A DNA stretch of 64,000 nucleotides from Candidatus Sumerlaeaceae bacterium (GTDB lineage Bacteria; Sumerlaeota; Sumerlaeia; Sumerlaeales; Sumerlaeaceae), in contig JBPCLP010000045.1 of the NCBI GenBank assembly GCA_051003195.1, positions 64,001-128,000 of the forward strand. Reading direction: 5' to 3'. Positions 38,935 through 49,549 of this stretch are shown here, one piece after another. The translations under genes were made by a program, and so were the position numbers. The notes beneath the pieces were generated by a model. That model was not told where the DNA came from and searched no databases. It saw only the letters and a program-made list of their open reading frames with translations. Position 1 is the first letter of the stretch. Each line of letters begins with the position of its first letter.

Positions 38935-40611
38935 TTAGTTTGATCCCGGCGCCATGGGCGGTCGCGCGAGGAGCTCCGCCCACTTGTGTTTACCTGGTAA
39001 GAGGCCACCACTACTTTCCATGGGTACAAAGAAACTTCTGACCGTTTTTATGTCACCATGGATGGTAAGTTCCGCCATTTGGTCATGCCGCGTTTCACGC
39101 GCTAATTGCAGGGAGCGCGCAGTCACCAGCACCGCGTCGCCGGCAACCACGCTGCTTGTGAGGTTATCTGCCGGTCCGTATGGGCGTACGTTTGGAGAGT
39201 TCGCATTGACGAACTTGAACGTCGGAGTCGACGCCAGCTCTTCAGGAACCCATATCGCTTTTGTCTTCCGCGCCATCACACGCACTCCTTCCGCCGGTTC
39301 GTAGAACACGTCGGCCAGGAACTCACGCCGAACCGCCGGTGAGGCCGGGAATTTCACGAAATATACGTATAGCTGCATGGACATAAAAAGTAATACAAAT
39401 GCGCCGGCAACGCCATATCTCACGGCGGGCGAAATACGGAACTGCACTAATCCAGCCAGCCAGCGCAAGCCGAACAGGTACGCAAACATGACAGCGGGCG
39501 TGGCGCCCTGCATGCGCAACAGGTTGGGTGCGCCAAACGAAAAGATACTGGTGAGGCTAAACACAAAAAGCCAGGCGAGCGTCAGGAATGCGCTCAACTC
39601 CCGGCGCCAGTTCCATACGCACCATATCACCCCAATGTAAAATACACTGCCACTCGCCCAATCGAAAACCGGGGCATATGGCAGGTTATGCTTTCCGACG
39701 TGATCCCCTTTGATTGTCCACATCCTGGCGACATCGACCGCGTTGCTGCAGAGATCGCGCACGGCTTCGGTCGCCGACTTGTCGACGCGCTGCTCTACTT
39801 CAACTCCCGAAGGGTTGACCGTCTTCACCGTTTTCTCGAACATCGAGATTTCGCCCGTGCGGCCGGTAAAGTGCACGGGATGCCGCACGTAATCAACTCC
39901 CAGCGGCATAAACGTGAGAATCGCTCCGGCTGCAACTGCAGCTAGACCACGCCCATCCTTGCGCCAGCTCATTCGTCGCTTCCCAAACTCCCAAACGACC
40001 AGCGCGAGCATGATGATCGGTACGAGGCGAAACGAGAGGTACGTATACATCCCGGCGCCGAGCAACATCCCGCAAAGCCATGCATCCAGCATTCGCCCAC
40101 GTTCCCGCCAGCGAAGCCAGAAGAGGATCACCCCCAGGAGAAAGAAAGGCGGCAATACCGCACGAAAAATTGTCCGGCTGAAATGCAAATGCCATCGAAA
40201 GGCCGCAAACAGCAACGTCCCAAGCAGTCCCCATCGCACGCCGGCAAAACGCCTGGCCACCGGGAAAAACAGCGCGACAGTTGCAATTCCCCAAAGCGCG
40301 CTCACAATGCGCGCCTTTAATGTCGAAGACCCGAACAGCGCGAAGAAGCCACCCAGCGAGTAGATGTACATCGGCTCGCGCATGTGGCTTTCCGTTTCGA
40401 AGAAAATCGGGAACTTTCCATGCGCGACATCCCACCCGTCCAGCGCGTAGATCGCTTCATCGTACCATAGTCCTGGTGGAATTTCATCCAGCGACGTTAG
40501 TCGAACCACCGCAGCAAAGACCAGGATTCCAAGATACAGAAAAACTTCAACTCGCGTGAGTCGGCGGAATCCCGAAGCAAAGCTCGTTACCTGCGAGTCC
40601 CCGGAGGGCAA
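38935..40611 (-). CDS. GT-C membrane glycosyltransferase (ArnT/PMT-like)
   Basis: PPGLWYDEA motif, RIVSALWG, many transmembrane segments. Confidence 0.85.
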   Translation of the reverse strand: MPSGDSQVTSFASGFRRLTRVEVFLYLGILVFAAVVRLTSLDEIPPGLWYDEAIYALDGWDVAHGKFPIFFETESHMREPMYIYSLGGFFALFGSSTLKARIVSALWGIATVALFFPVARRFAGVRWGLLGTLLFAAFRWHLHFSRTIFRAVLPPFFLLGVILFWLRWRERGRMLDAWLCGMLLGAGMYTYLSFRLVPIIMLALVVWEFGKRRMSWRKDGRGLAAVAAGAILTFMPLGVDYVRHPVHFTGRTGEISMFEKTVKTVNPSGVEVEQRVDKSATEAVRDLCSNAVDVARMWTIKGDHVGKHNLPYAPVFDWASGSVFYIGVIWCVWNWRRELSAFLTLAWLFVFSLTSIFSFGAPNLLRMQGATPAVMFAYLFGLRWLAGLVQFRISPAVRYGVAGAFVLLFMSMQLYVYFVKFPASPAVRREFLADVFYEPAEGVRVMARKTKAIWVPEELASTPTFKFVNANSPNVRPYGPADNLTSSVVAGDAVLVTARSLQLARETRHDQMAELTIHGDIKTVRSFFVPMESSGGLLPGKHKWAELLARPPMAPGSN

Positions 40612-40673
40612 GGTTCACCCTGCCTGTGTCAGCGGATGCATCTCATGGGCAGCTTCCATTGAATCCAACAACA

Positions 40674-43529
40674 TCATGACGCCGCGTTATAATCCGGAAT
40701 TGGTTTACCGGCTTTCATTCGCGCCAGCGATTCACGCCCCTTCTTCACGAGCTCGATATCCTGCGAATCTGACTCCACAAATTGCTCCATCAGCCGAATC
40801 GCACGCCTGGCGTCGCGCATTTCCACATACGCCGCCAGCGCAGCTTCATGAAGTGCAGCAAGCGCTTTGTCCGATGTTGGATTGTTTTTGGCAAGTTGCT
40901 CCCAAGTATCTACGGCCTCCCCGGTTTTGCCCATCTGCCGTAAAATTTCACCTGCGTTAAACGTAGCGGTTACTCCGGCTGGCGTAGATGTATATCTGTC
41001 AGCAACTGCAAGAAACGTGGCCTTTGCGGCCTCGTAATCGCGGCGCGTATATTGCAGATGTCCTAACAGTAATTGCCCGTCGCTCTGGAGCTTCGTATCC
41101 GGAAAGGCCGACTGAAACTCGCTCAGGTACGCTTCAGCCCGTTGCGGCTGCTGTACCTGCATCAGCAGCTTTGCCGCTATAAGATAGAACTCCGCCTTGC
41201 CAGGCATGTCCCTGGTTCGCAACTGGTCCAGGTACCCGACAAGTGCAGGAACCGACTTCGAGTCATATGCGATCGCAAGCAGTGCAGCCACAAGTGCAGG
41301 CTGGTTAAACGGTACTCCATGCAGTCCCTCTTCGAGAATGCGCTTATAGATCGCCTCCGCTTCTGGTAGTTTCCCCACCTTCCGAAGTGCGTTGGCGTAC
41401 TGCATCCATGCACTGAAGTTGTCTGCATCCTGCTTTACCGCGGCCCTGTAAAATACCAGCGCGTCCGAATGCAGCCCGCCCTCCTCGAGAATCCGCCCCG
41501 CCGAAACACACGATTCTGCAGTGCTGCTTCCCCGGTCGGCCAGCTCAAGGGCAACCTTCTTCGCAGATTCGACTTCACCCCGCATCTGGTATGCGCGCAT
41601 CAGCCCAGCATAGTTATCGCTCACCCGCGGCTGGAGCAGAATTAGCCGCTGGAACAGGTCGATTGCAACGCCCGTCCCGCCTGCCGAGCTCGCGTGTAGC
41701 TGCACTCCCGCATCGTTCGGTGAAACTTGTAACTGCAGGGGCAGCGCCGAGTTTTGCATCGCCAACTCTGCAACGTAGCGCAGCATGGGAACGTTGTCCG
41801 GTTCGTGCTGCATGAACTCCTGGTAGTATTCGAGCTCGGCCTGGTGGTCTTCCTGTGCGGCACTCAGCCGTGCAACAAGAGCGTACAGTCGCCATGCAGC
41901 GCTTTCGGTTTGGGCCCGCTTGATTGCCGCTGAAAACAAACGGGTGCGTTTGTCCGGATTTGCGCTGTTTTGAACCACCACGTCCCCTGCCAGCATTAAC
42001 TCGGAAAACGTGAGCTGAGGCGACAGCTCCAGCCAGAACTCGATTTGGATTTCGGGCTCTTTAAGAAGAACGGTTGCGCTCGTTGCCAGGCTGATGTAAT
42101 CCACCCGTTCTATCGCCGAAATCTTTGAAAGCTCCAGCGGAGCCAATACCCGCAACAGTTCCGGTCCTGCTCCAGCTTTGGCATACGTGCGGGCCAGTTG
42201 CATACGCACGGCAGCGTCGGTAGGCTGCTCTTCCAGTAACGTGCCCAGGATCACGATGGCTTCGCTGGTGTTACCCGCTTGCGTCAGCAGGCGCGCACGA
42301 AATTGTGCGATTAACGGCGTGCGACCAATCCCCTCAGCATTGAGCATCGCCAGTGCCGCGCTGGTGTCCTGGTTTCTTTCATGCAGTCGTGCTGCCAGCA
42401 GAGCGTGCACATCGGTTATGCTTCCCGAACTTGTCAGCTCGTCGAGATACCTGGAATATGCGCGCGTTGAATGTGAGGATGCGGAATGATCCAGCACCGC
42501 ATCGCACAAATCACTACCCTTGCTGAAATCGGTTTCATTCGCGAGTGCTCTTTGCAGGAATCCAAGCACCAGCCGCGGTGTGGAATAGCCAGTTGCAAGT
42601 AACTGAAGCAACAGAGTGCGGGCTTCCCACGGCGACAGGTCCAGTTGCCCGGCCTTACCGAGAGTCGTGCTAAGTTTTTCCGGCTGCTCCAGCACGTCTG
42701 CCGCGCGCGCTGTCAGCATAATTACAGGGAATGAAAGCGGCGCCGCCAGACCTGCATTCAAGGCCAGCATGTCCTCCTGCGCAACTCCGTGCATCCGGCA
42801 AATCGTAACGTTGTGCTCTGGCGAGGATGCCGTCTGCCTGGCATAATCACTCAGCAGCTTCTGAAGCTGCACCGTCATTCCCTGCCGGTTGTAAAAGTGC
42901 GCCAGCTGGACGTAGTATTTGCCCGGTAGCGGTGACTGACGGATCGCGCCGAGGTAAAATCTCTCAACGTCCTGTTTTAACTGTAACACAAGCGCGGTGC
43001 GAATCGCCGCGTCGTAGGCGAACTCCGCGTCTGGATTTTCCTTCAGTAGTTCACAAGCCAGCAGAAACGCCTCTCCTATCTTGTTCTGCTTTTCAAAGCT
43101 GGCCAGCTGAAGTTGCTGTGCGACCGTACTGGTCCGGTCTACCTTCACCGGCAGGCTCCCCTGCGGCCCGGTTACTCCCGAAGCAACAGGCGCAGGTCCA
43201 CTGGTAGGCTGCTCATTTGCAAGCGGCGTTACCACAGCAACCGCCGGCTCAGTGGCATTTGGCGAAGCCGAAACGGTTACCGCACCGACGGTCGCCGATG
43301 TCTCGTCCGCCACAATGGAGTTCACTGGCAGCGTCGTACCGGAGTCTTCGCTCTTCAGCGTGAAGAAGTGAACACCAAGCGGCAGGCTGGAGGTTACCGG
43401 CCGATCAAAAACCTGGGTAATAGCTCCCGTCGTCTGGGGAGCTGCCATGCATCCTCTCGCAAACACAGCCAAACATACGCCCACCACCAGGCGTAACGGC
43501 CCAAACCATTTGATAATCTTCCCACACAT
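40674..43529 (-). CDS. Large secreted tetratricopeptide-repeat protein
   Basis: Signal-like N-terminus; many TPR-like helices (AWMQYANALRKVGKLPEAEAIYKRIL). Confidence 0.8.
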   Translation of the reverse strand: MCGKIIKWFGPLRLVVGVCLAVFARGCMAAPQTTGAITQVFDRPVTSSLPLGVHFFTLKSEDSGTTLPVNSIVADETSATVGAVTVSASPNATEPAVAVVTPLANEQPTSGPAPVASGVTGPQGSLPVKVDRTSTVAQQLQLASFEKQNKIGEAFLLACELLKENPDAEFAYDAAIRTALVLQLKQDVERFYLGAIRQSPLPGKYYVQLAHFYNRQGMTVQLQKLLSDYARQTASSPEHNVTICRMHGVAQEDMLALNAGLAAPLSFPVIMLTARAADVLEQPEKLSTTLGKAGQLDLSPWEARTLLLQLLATGYSTPRLVLGFLQRALANETDFSKGSDLCDAVLDHSASSHSTRAYSRYLDELTSSGSITDVHALLAARLHERNQDTSAALAMLNAEGIGRTPLIAQFRARLLTQAGNTSEAIVILGTLLEEQPTDAAVRMQLARTYAKAGAGPELLRVLAPLELSKISAIERVDYISLATSATVLLKEPEIQIEFWLELSPQLTFSELMLAGDVVVQNSANPDKRTRLFSAAIKRAQTESAAWRLYALVARLSAAQEDHQAELEYYQEFMQHEPDNVPMLRYVAELAMQNSALPLQLQVSPNDAGVQLHASSAGGTGVAIDLFQRLILLQPRVSDNYAGLMRAYQMRGEVESAKKVALELADRGSSTAESCVSAGRILEEGGLHSDALVFYRAAVKQDADNFSAWMQYANALRKVGKLPEAEAIYKRILEEGLHGVPFNQPALVAALLAIAYDSKSVPALVGYLDQLRTRDMPGKAEFYLIAAKLLMQVQQPQRAEAYLSEFQSAFPDTKLQSDGQLLLGHLQYTRRDYEAAKATFLAVADRYTSTPAGVTATFNAGEILRQMGKTGEAVDTWEQLAKNNPTSDKALAALHEAALAAYVEMRDARRAIRLMEQFVESDSQDIELVKKGRESLARMKAGKPIPDYNAAS

Positions 43530-43599
43530 AGGGCCGCATTCTGTAATGCCGTGAATGCGCGAGTCTAATCGAAACCGACGTTCCTTAAACTAACCCATC

Positions 43600-43893
43600 C
43601 TACAATGAACGAATCAGATCGAGAATGTGTGCATCTAGGCTGGCCAGCGCGTCCTGGCATTTTGCATGAGCCTCTTCGGTATTGGGAAATGGCGTGCCGA
43701 CCGACAGTTCTGCCAGCGCCTGCGACACCAGCTCGCGCGCGTGGAGGTAATCGCTGGGTTGTGCAAATGGCTTCAGGTACGAAACAACCTGGTTTTGAAA
43801 TGGAAACGGAGGAACTGTAGCAGCAAGTGCAGCTACGCGGACAGCATTAAGTGAGCTCATTTGGCTTAGCAGTGTAGAGTATAGCAATGGCAT
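43600..43893 (-). CDS. Hypothetical protein
   Basis: 97-aa ATG ORF filling the gap, co-oriented with the downstream operon; no recognisable motif. Confidence 0.4.
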   Translation of the reverse strand: MPLLYSTLLSQMSSLNAVRVAALAATVPPFPFQNQVVSYLKPFAQPSDYLHARELVSQALAELSVGTPFPNTEEAHAKCQDALASLDAHILDLIRSL

Positions 43894-43956
43894 GTCAAGC
43901 CTTGTCCGCTCCGGCGCACCGCTTGCTCACGAAGTGTTCGCCATGAAAGGATTGCA

Positions 43957-45300
43957 TTGAACCGACGCCGACAAAAAGAGCAGCACACCGACGGCCACTA
44001 TTATGCCGGTGAACACTACGCGAATCCGGACGACTACCTGCTGATCGCGCTGCAAACCAGCTCGATACCCGCACGTGAGGCAGCCATTTCGCTGGAGGAG
44101 CTGAAAGAGCTCACGCGTTCCGCCGACGCTAACACCCGCGGGCAGCTCACCCTGCGTGTGCGGCAGATCGATCCGAAAACCTACATTGGGCGTGGCCAGG
44201 TCCAGGAGATCCGCGCACTGGCGCAACAGCTTGGTGTAGCGGGAATCATCTTCGACGAAGATTTCTCACCTGTACAGCAGCGCAACCTGGAGGACATACT
44301 CGAACTGCGGGTGATTGGCCGCACCGAACTGATTCTCGATATTTTCGCGCGCCGTGCTCAAACCCACGAAGGCAAGCTGCAGGTCGAACTCGCCCAGCTT
44401 CAATATCTTCGGCCACGTCTCATTGGACAGGGCTTCGTGCTGTCACGGCTCGGCGGCGGCATCGGAACCCGAGGACCCGGTGAATCCAGGCTCGAGATGG
44501 ACCGCCGTCGCATCGCTGCACGTATAAACCATCTTCAGCGCGAGTTAACCCACGTGCGTCGCGCCCGCGAAACGCAGCGCAAGCGCCGCCTGCGGCAGGA
44601 AGTGCTCACAGTTGCACTTGTCGGCTACACCAATTCCGGCAAAAGCACGCTGCTTCGTGCTCTCACCAATGCGGACGTGCACGTCGAAGACCGTTTGTTC
44701 GCCACGCTCGATCCCGCCGCGAAGCGTGCCCTGCTGCCCGATGGTCGCGTTGCGATTTTCACCGACACGGTCGGATTCATCCACCGCTTGCCGACCGGGC
44801 TGGTGGAAGCCTTCAAAGCCACGCTCGAAGAGGTCCTCTATGCCGACCTGCTGCTGCACGTGATCGATGCCTCCAGCCCTACGCTCGAGCGCGAGATCCG
44901 CACGACCGACGCCGTGCTCGGCACGCTCGGCGCTGACGAAAAACCCCGCCTGCGCATTTTCAACAAGATCGACCAGAACGTCGATCACTCCGTGTTCGAA
45001 GCCTTTGGTTACAGGGAGGAGTCTTCAAACTCTGTGGCCATCTCCGCCTTATATGGCATCGGAATACACGATCTCTTATCCACGATCGTCCATTTTACAA
45101 GCGAAGCCGAGGAGACGCTTCGTATTCTGCTCCCCTACACGCGCGGCGACCTGCTGTCCCGGATCCACAACGCAGCCGCGGTGAAAAGCCTGGAATACGA
45201 CGAGGACGGCGTCCGCGTCACGGCGCTGGTGGACAGCAAACTGGCAGGCGAGCTCAGGCCATTTATACAACCGGCGCCTGCACCGAAATCGCGGCGGTAG
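43957..45300 (+). CDS. hflX: GTPase HflX
   Basis: LILDIFARRA, GIGTRGPGE, GYTNSGKST, LFATLD, DTVGFI, NKID. Confidence 0.97.
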   Translation: MNRRRQKEQHTDGHYYAGEHYANPDDYLLIALQTSSIPAREAAISLEELKELTRSADANTRGQLTLRVRQIDPKTYIGRGQVQEIRALAQQLGVAGIIFDEDFSPVQQRNLEDILELRVIGRTELILDIFARRAQTHEGKLQVELAQLQYLRPRLIGQGFVLSRLGGGIGTRGPGESRLEMDRRRIAARINHLQRELTHVRRARETQRKRRLRQEVLTVALVGYTNSGKSTLLRALTNADVHVEDRLFATLDPAAKRALLPDGRVAIFTDTVGFIHRLPTGLVEAFKATLEEVLYADLLLHVIDASSPTLEREIRTTDAVLGTLGADEKPRLRIFNKIDQNVDHSVFEAFGYREESSNSVAISALYGIGIHDLLSTIVHFTSEAEETLRILLPYTRGDLLSRIHNAAAVKSLEYDEDGVRVTALVDSKLAGELRPFIQPAPAPKSRR

Positions 45301-45301
45301 C

Positions 45302-45514
45302 TTACTTCTTGTTCACGTTGTAGTAGCTCGAGCCCTGCTGGCCCGCGCTGCTTCGGCGTGCCGCCGTGATTGCGGGCTGCAGGATGAACCAGGCCCACAC
45401 ACACGCGCCCGCCACCACCAACCAGCCGAACTTACTGCCGCCCTTCATCAGGATCGCAAACCCAATGACAGCCACGATCGCCGCTCCAAGCAGCGGATAC
45501 AGTGCATCACCCAT
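45302..45514 (-). CDS. Small two-TM membrane protein
   Basis: Two hydrophobic segments; GGAG upstream. Confidence 0.6.
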   Translation of the reverse strand: MGDALYPLLGAAIVAVIGFAILMKGGSKFGWLVVAGACVWAWFILQPAITAARRSSAGQQGSSYYNVNKK

Positions 45515-45609
45515 CTCCGGTTCTCCCTTCAGCCTGCGGCATCAATCCTGCCGCCAAAGATAGTGCGCCTTGCTCGCTTCTGTCAACTGCGGCAAGTTAC
45601 AACCTGCGA

Positions 45610-46911
45610 CTACTGCTGCTTCTTCTGCAGCACTTTCTGTACGGCCTTCGCCTGCAGGGCAGTCAGTTCTTCTTTGGGGTCTGAGCCTTTGGAGAGCACG
45701 TTGTCGACAACGCTGTCGATATCGCTGCGAAGCCCCTCCCAAATCGCGATCTTCGGCTCTTGGATTCCCTTGTCGCCAAGCACCAGTGAACTTGCGAGTG
45801 CGTAGTCGGCATTCTGCGCCATGTACTCCTGCATCACCGGCTCCTTTAGCACCGAGTACCGTATCGGCATGTAGCCGGCGCGCGTGGAAAACATCGCCGA
45901 GTTTTTCGCCGTGGTCAGGAACTTGAGGAACTTCCATGCGGCCCGCCGCTCCGCCTCGGATCGGTTGCCAAATATTCCAATGTTGGTGCCCTGCATCAGG
46001 TAGCGTGTATCCTTGCCCTCGACGCCCGGAATCGCCGCCGCCTGGTAGTTGAATTTCCCGGCCGAGAGCTTCTTGTTGTACGGGAAGCTTGCACTGCTGT
46101 AGCTGTACATCGCAATTTGCTGGTTGCCGAATGGGGTGCTCATATAATCCGGATTCACGTAAAGATGCTTTTCCGGGTATTGAAGATCCCGCAGCAACGT
46201 CATCGTCTCAATCGCTTCCGGCGAATCGAACTTCGGATTGCCCGCTTCGTCAAAAATGCGTCCGCCGCGCGCAAAGTAGAAAATGGTGAACGCCTCGCTG
46301 CGTGGCTGAACCCCGAAGCCATAGGTAGAGATCCGGCCATCGTCCCGCGTTGTAAGTTTCTTAACGGCATTGGCAAACTCGGCTTGTGTTGTTGGAGCCG
46401 TCGTCAGGCCGGCCTTCGCCAGCTTGTCTGCATTTACGTATAGCATGTAGACACTCTTGTTGAACGGCATCGTCATCATCTTTCCGTTCCAGCTATTGCC
46501 GTCACGGAACACTTTAACGATGTCCTTCTGCTCCTCCTTCGACAACCCGTCCGGGCCATCGAAGTAGTTCTGCACCGGCTCCATGTAGCCCTTGTTATTA
46601 AAGTCGTCGGTCCAGCTCTCGTACATGGTAGCCATAACCGGGTTGTTTGCGGTCGCTGCGGCGAACGAGCTGTCGAGCTTCTGCTTCAGCTCGCGCGGGT
46701 TCCCCTGGAACACCGCCTTGATCGATACCCCATCATTCGCCTTTTCGTACTCGGCGATCAGGTCCTTCAATGGCTTCGACTGTTCCTCCGATAGATAATG
46801 CCAGAACTCGAGATTCACTGCTTTACCCGCTTTTTGTGGCGCGCACCCCGCCAGCAATGCGGCTGTCAAAACCAGCATGGGAAGAAAAGCAAACCTGGAA
46901 ACACGGATCAT
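45610..46911 (-). CDS. ABC transporter substrate-binding lipoprotein (sugar/glycerol-3-phosphate, UgpB-like)
   Basis: Lipobox LLAGC, LEFWH, MPFNKS, AAWKFLKFL, GYMP. Confidence 0.9.
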   Translation of the reverse strand: MIRVSRFAFLPMLVLTAALLAGCAPQKAGKAVNLEFWHYLSEEQSKPLKDLIAEYEKANDGVSIKAVFQGNPRELKQKLDSSFAAATANNPVMATMYESWTDDFNNKGYMEPVQNYFDGPDGLSKEEQKDIVKVFRDGNSWNGKMMTMPFNKSVYMLYVNADKLAKAGLTTAPTTQAEFANAVKKLTTRDDGRISTYGFGVQPRSEAFTIFYFARGGRIFDEAGNPKFDSPEAIETMTLLRDLQYPEKHLYVNPDYMSTPFGNQQIAMYSYSSASFPYNKKLSAGKFNYQAAAIPGVEGKDTRYLMQGTNIGIFGNRSEAERRAAWKFLKFLTTAKNSAMFSTRAGYMPIRYSVLKEPVMQEYMAQNADYALASSLVLGDKGIQEPKIAIWEGLRSDIDSVVDNVLSKGSDPKEELTALQAKAVQKVLQKKQQ

Positions 46912-47022
46912 TGGGAGCTCCCGGACAATTTGGGTTGCTGCTTACTCCCATCAGAATGGAAGTAAAGCGGAACCAGCTTGTAGCAGTTTCTTTCTGGCCA
47001 CGCGAGTCTTATAAAGGAAACC

Positions 47023-47460
47023 ATGATGAAACTCAATTGGGACCGTTACCGTGACTTCGGACTCCTGCTGCTGCGCGTGGGCGTCGGCATCATGATGATC
47101 GCGCACGGGTGGCCGAAAATCGCCGCTGGCCCGGCAATGTGGGGAAAGATCGGACAGGCTATGGGCGCCCTTGGAATCAACTTCGCCCCAACGTTCTGGG
47201 GTTTCATGGCGGCCTTCGCAGAAAGCGTCGGCGGTTTACTTTTGGTACTTGGCCTCTTTTTCCGTCCCACGCTCGTGTTCCTCATGGTACCAACAATGCT
47301 CGTGGCCATGCTGATGCACAAGATGGTGCGCCATGATCCATTCAATATATGGTCACATGCGGCGACGCTTGGACTCGTGTTTATCGCGATGATCTTTATC
47401 GGCCCCGGCCGCTACAGCCTCGACGCCAAAATGCGCCGACGCTGGTGGCTTCTTAGTTAA
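47023..47460 (+). CDS. DoxX family membrane protein
   Basis: GLLLLRV...HGWPK...AESVGGLLLVLGLFFRP...GPGRYSLD. Confidence 0.92.
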   Translation: MMKLNWDRYRDFGLLLLRVGVGIMMIAHGWPKIAAGPAMWGKIGQAMGALGINFAPTFWGFMAAFAESVGGLLLVLGLFFRPTLVFLMVPTMLVAMLMHKMVRHDPFNIWSHAATLGLVFIAMIFIGPGRYSLDAKMRRRWWLLS

Positions 47461-47471
47461 ATGCGCGACCG

Positions 47472-49073
47472 TTAATCCTCCCCTTCCCCGCTGACGAGGT
47501 CGCTGGGACTGGTCGTATTTTTATCGGCCGTCCGCTTCTGCCATTCATCCAGTCTTTCCCGCAGGCCCTTGATCTTTTCTGCGTAGGCGGCATTCGCGAT
47601 CTGATTGTTCAGCTCTCGAGGATCATTTTTCAGGTCGAAGAACTCCTCGCCTTTTGCGGGATCGCTCCACCGGATCAGCTTCGCGTCCGGCATCCGCACC
47701 AGGCGGTATTCCAGCGGCCCGAACTTCGGACTGACATTATCCGCAAACTCTGAAAAGCTGTGCTCGAAGCCTGGCCCGGTCGGAGCATTCATTGCATTCA
47801 GCAAATCTCTCCCCGGCCATTCGGTTGGAACTCCCACGTTCGCCCAATAGAGGAACGTTGGGGGCAGATCCAGGCTGGAAACCGCAGCCGTGGACTTTCC
47901 ATGATACGAACCAAATCCGGGCGAATACACAAGCATAGGCACCCGCACCGACTCTTCATAAGGCAGCACCTTGCCGTCCCATCCGCGGCTGCCGCGCATC
48001 ATTCCGTTGTCGCCCAGGAACACTACGATCGTGTTCTGGTCCAGTTGCGCCTTCTTCAAAGCGTCGCGCACCCGCCCCACCTGTTCGTCAGCGGAAGAAA
48101 CGGCGGCGTAGTAGTCATGCCAGTCAGTCTCAGGCTTTTTCTTTCCCGCTTTCCCATGTTTCCCAGGTTCGGCCTTCTTTGCGGCTTTTGCCCCTTTGCC
48201 TTCTTTCGTTGCCTTTGCTGCCTTACGCGCGGCATACACTGTGAAAGACGTGAATTGCTCCTCCGGACTTCCTCGCGTGAATCCTTTCGGCGCGAGCTGC
48301 GCGTTCTTCTTTCCAGCGTACAATGCCTGCAGATGTTCCGGGTTCGGGCGGAGCGGCGTATGCGGTGCGGTCAGCGCCATCCACAGGAAAAACGGTTTCT
48401 CCTTCGCGTCGGGACTGCTGATGAATTCTGCCGCATCCTGGCCCAGCACGTCCTGCAGATAACCCGTCGTGGTGGTCACCTGCCGCGATTTGCCATGCGC
48501 CAGGCGTACGTCCTTGTACGGTCCCCCTCCACCCGGCAACCAGGTGCGTACGTCCGAAAACCCCACATTCCATGGCTCCGGCTTCAGGTGCCATTTTCCC
48601 ACCAGCACCGTGCGATAGCCGTTTTTTTGAAGAAGCCCGGGCACCGTCGGAAGGTGGCTGAATCCGTTTGGTGCATGCACACGGCGCTGCTGCGTCTGGT
48701 TCGAGTACCATCCGTTCTGGTGTGGCGGCAATCCGGTCAGCAGCGACGCACGGCACGGCGAACACTGCGGCGTGTGAATTGTCGCCTGCTCAAAATAGAC
48801 ACCGTCGCGTGCAAGTTGATCCAGGTTCGGCGTCTTCACGTGTGGGTTACCTGCCGCGCCAATGCAATCCCAGCGGTGGTCATCAGATATTATTAAAACA
48901 ATATTCGGCCGCTCCTTCGTGCCCGCCAGGACAGGCGAAACGGCACCAGCAAGAAAGAACAAACACAAAGAGACGAATCCCCCGCGCGAGGCATACTGCC
49001 GAATGGACACCGCTGCCCCATTCGAACTCGGTATCTCCCTAAAACCGGCTCTAAGCGCGCAAGTAAGCGGCAT
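47472..49073 (-). CDS. Secreted Cys-type sulfatase; start uncertain
   Basis: PNIVLIISDD, CSPCRASLLTG (CxPxR), GKWHL, GDNG, YEESVRVP. Confidence 0.95.
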   Translation of the reverse strand: MPLTCALRAGFREIPSSNGAAVSIRQYASRGGFVSLCLFFLAGAVSPVLAGTKERPNIVLIISDDHRWDCIGAAGNPHVKTPNLDQLARDGVYFEQATIHTPQCSPCRASLLTGLPPHQNGWYSNQTQQRRVHAPNGFSHLPTVPGLLQKNGYRTVLVGKWHLKPEPWNVGFSDVRTWLPGGGGPYKDVRLAHGKSRQVTTTTGYLQDVLGQDAAEFISSPDAKEKPFFLWMALTAPHTPLRPNPEHLQALYAGKKNAQLAPKGFTRGSPEEQFTSFTVYAARKAAKATKEGKGAKAAKKAEPGKHGKAGKKKPETDWHDYYAAVSSADEQVGRVRDALKKAQLDQNTIVVFLGDNGMMRGSRGWDGKVLPYEESVRVPMLVYSPGFGSYHGKSTAAVSSLDLPPTFLYWANVGVPTEWPGRDLLNAMNAPTGPGFEHSFSEFADNVSPKFGPLEYRLVRMPDAKLIRWSDPAKGEEFFDLKNDPRELNNQIANAAYAEKIKGLRERLDEWQKRTADKNTTSPSDLVSGEGED

Positions 49074-49288
49074 GTAAAATCGATATCCTTTCAGAGGAAA
49101 AGCATCTCAAAACCGAGCCTTTAAACCGCAGCAATTCCAATGCACTACTTTTTCATAGGCAATTCAGTCCCTGCTGTCGCTGGTCCCTTCGTATCCATTG
49201 GGACATTCATTCGCCAACCGAATGGGCACAAGAATTGCACCTTCGACGTTAGTCCATTAGCGGATTAACTTACAACCGGAGGATTCCT

Positions 49289-49453
49289 ATGAAAAAGCTT
49301 TTTTGTGCCATGCTGGCCAGCGCGGTAGTGCTTGCAGGTTGCAGCGAGACAACGAAGGAAACGGCGACAAGCGAGTCTTCGCACACCAATGCGGACGGAA
49401 AAACCGTAAAGACCGAAACCACCGTGGAGAAGAAGACGACCGTCGATAAATAG
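49289..49453 (+). CDS. 54-aa lipoprotein (absent from the supplied ORF track)
   Basis: GGAGG RBS at 49278; MKKLFCAMLASAVVLAG/CSETTKETATSESSHTNADGKTVKTETTVEKKTTVDK*. Confidence 0.8.
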   Translation: MKKLFCAMLASAVVLAGCSETTKETATSESSHTNADGKTVKTETTVEKKTTVDK

Positions 49454-49549
49454 TCCGCAGCGGCCACGCGACCCATTAGTACCGCCAAGAGGGTTATGCC
49501 TTGGCACAGAGCATAGCCCCTTACCTATACTAGCTGGTGCATAGGCACC

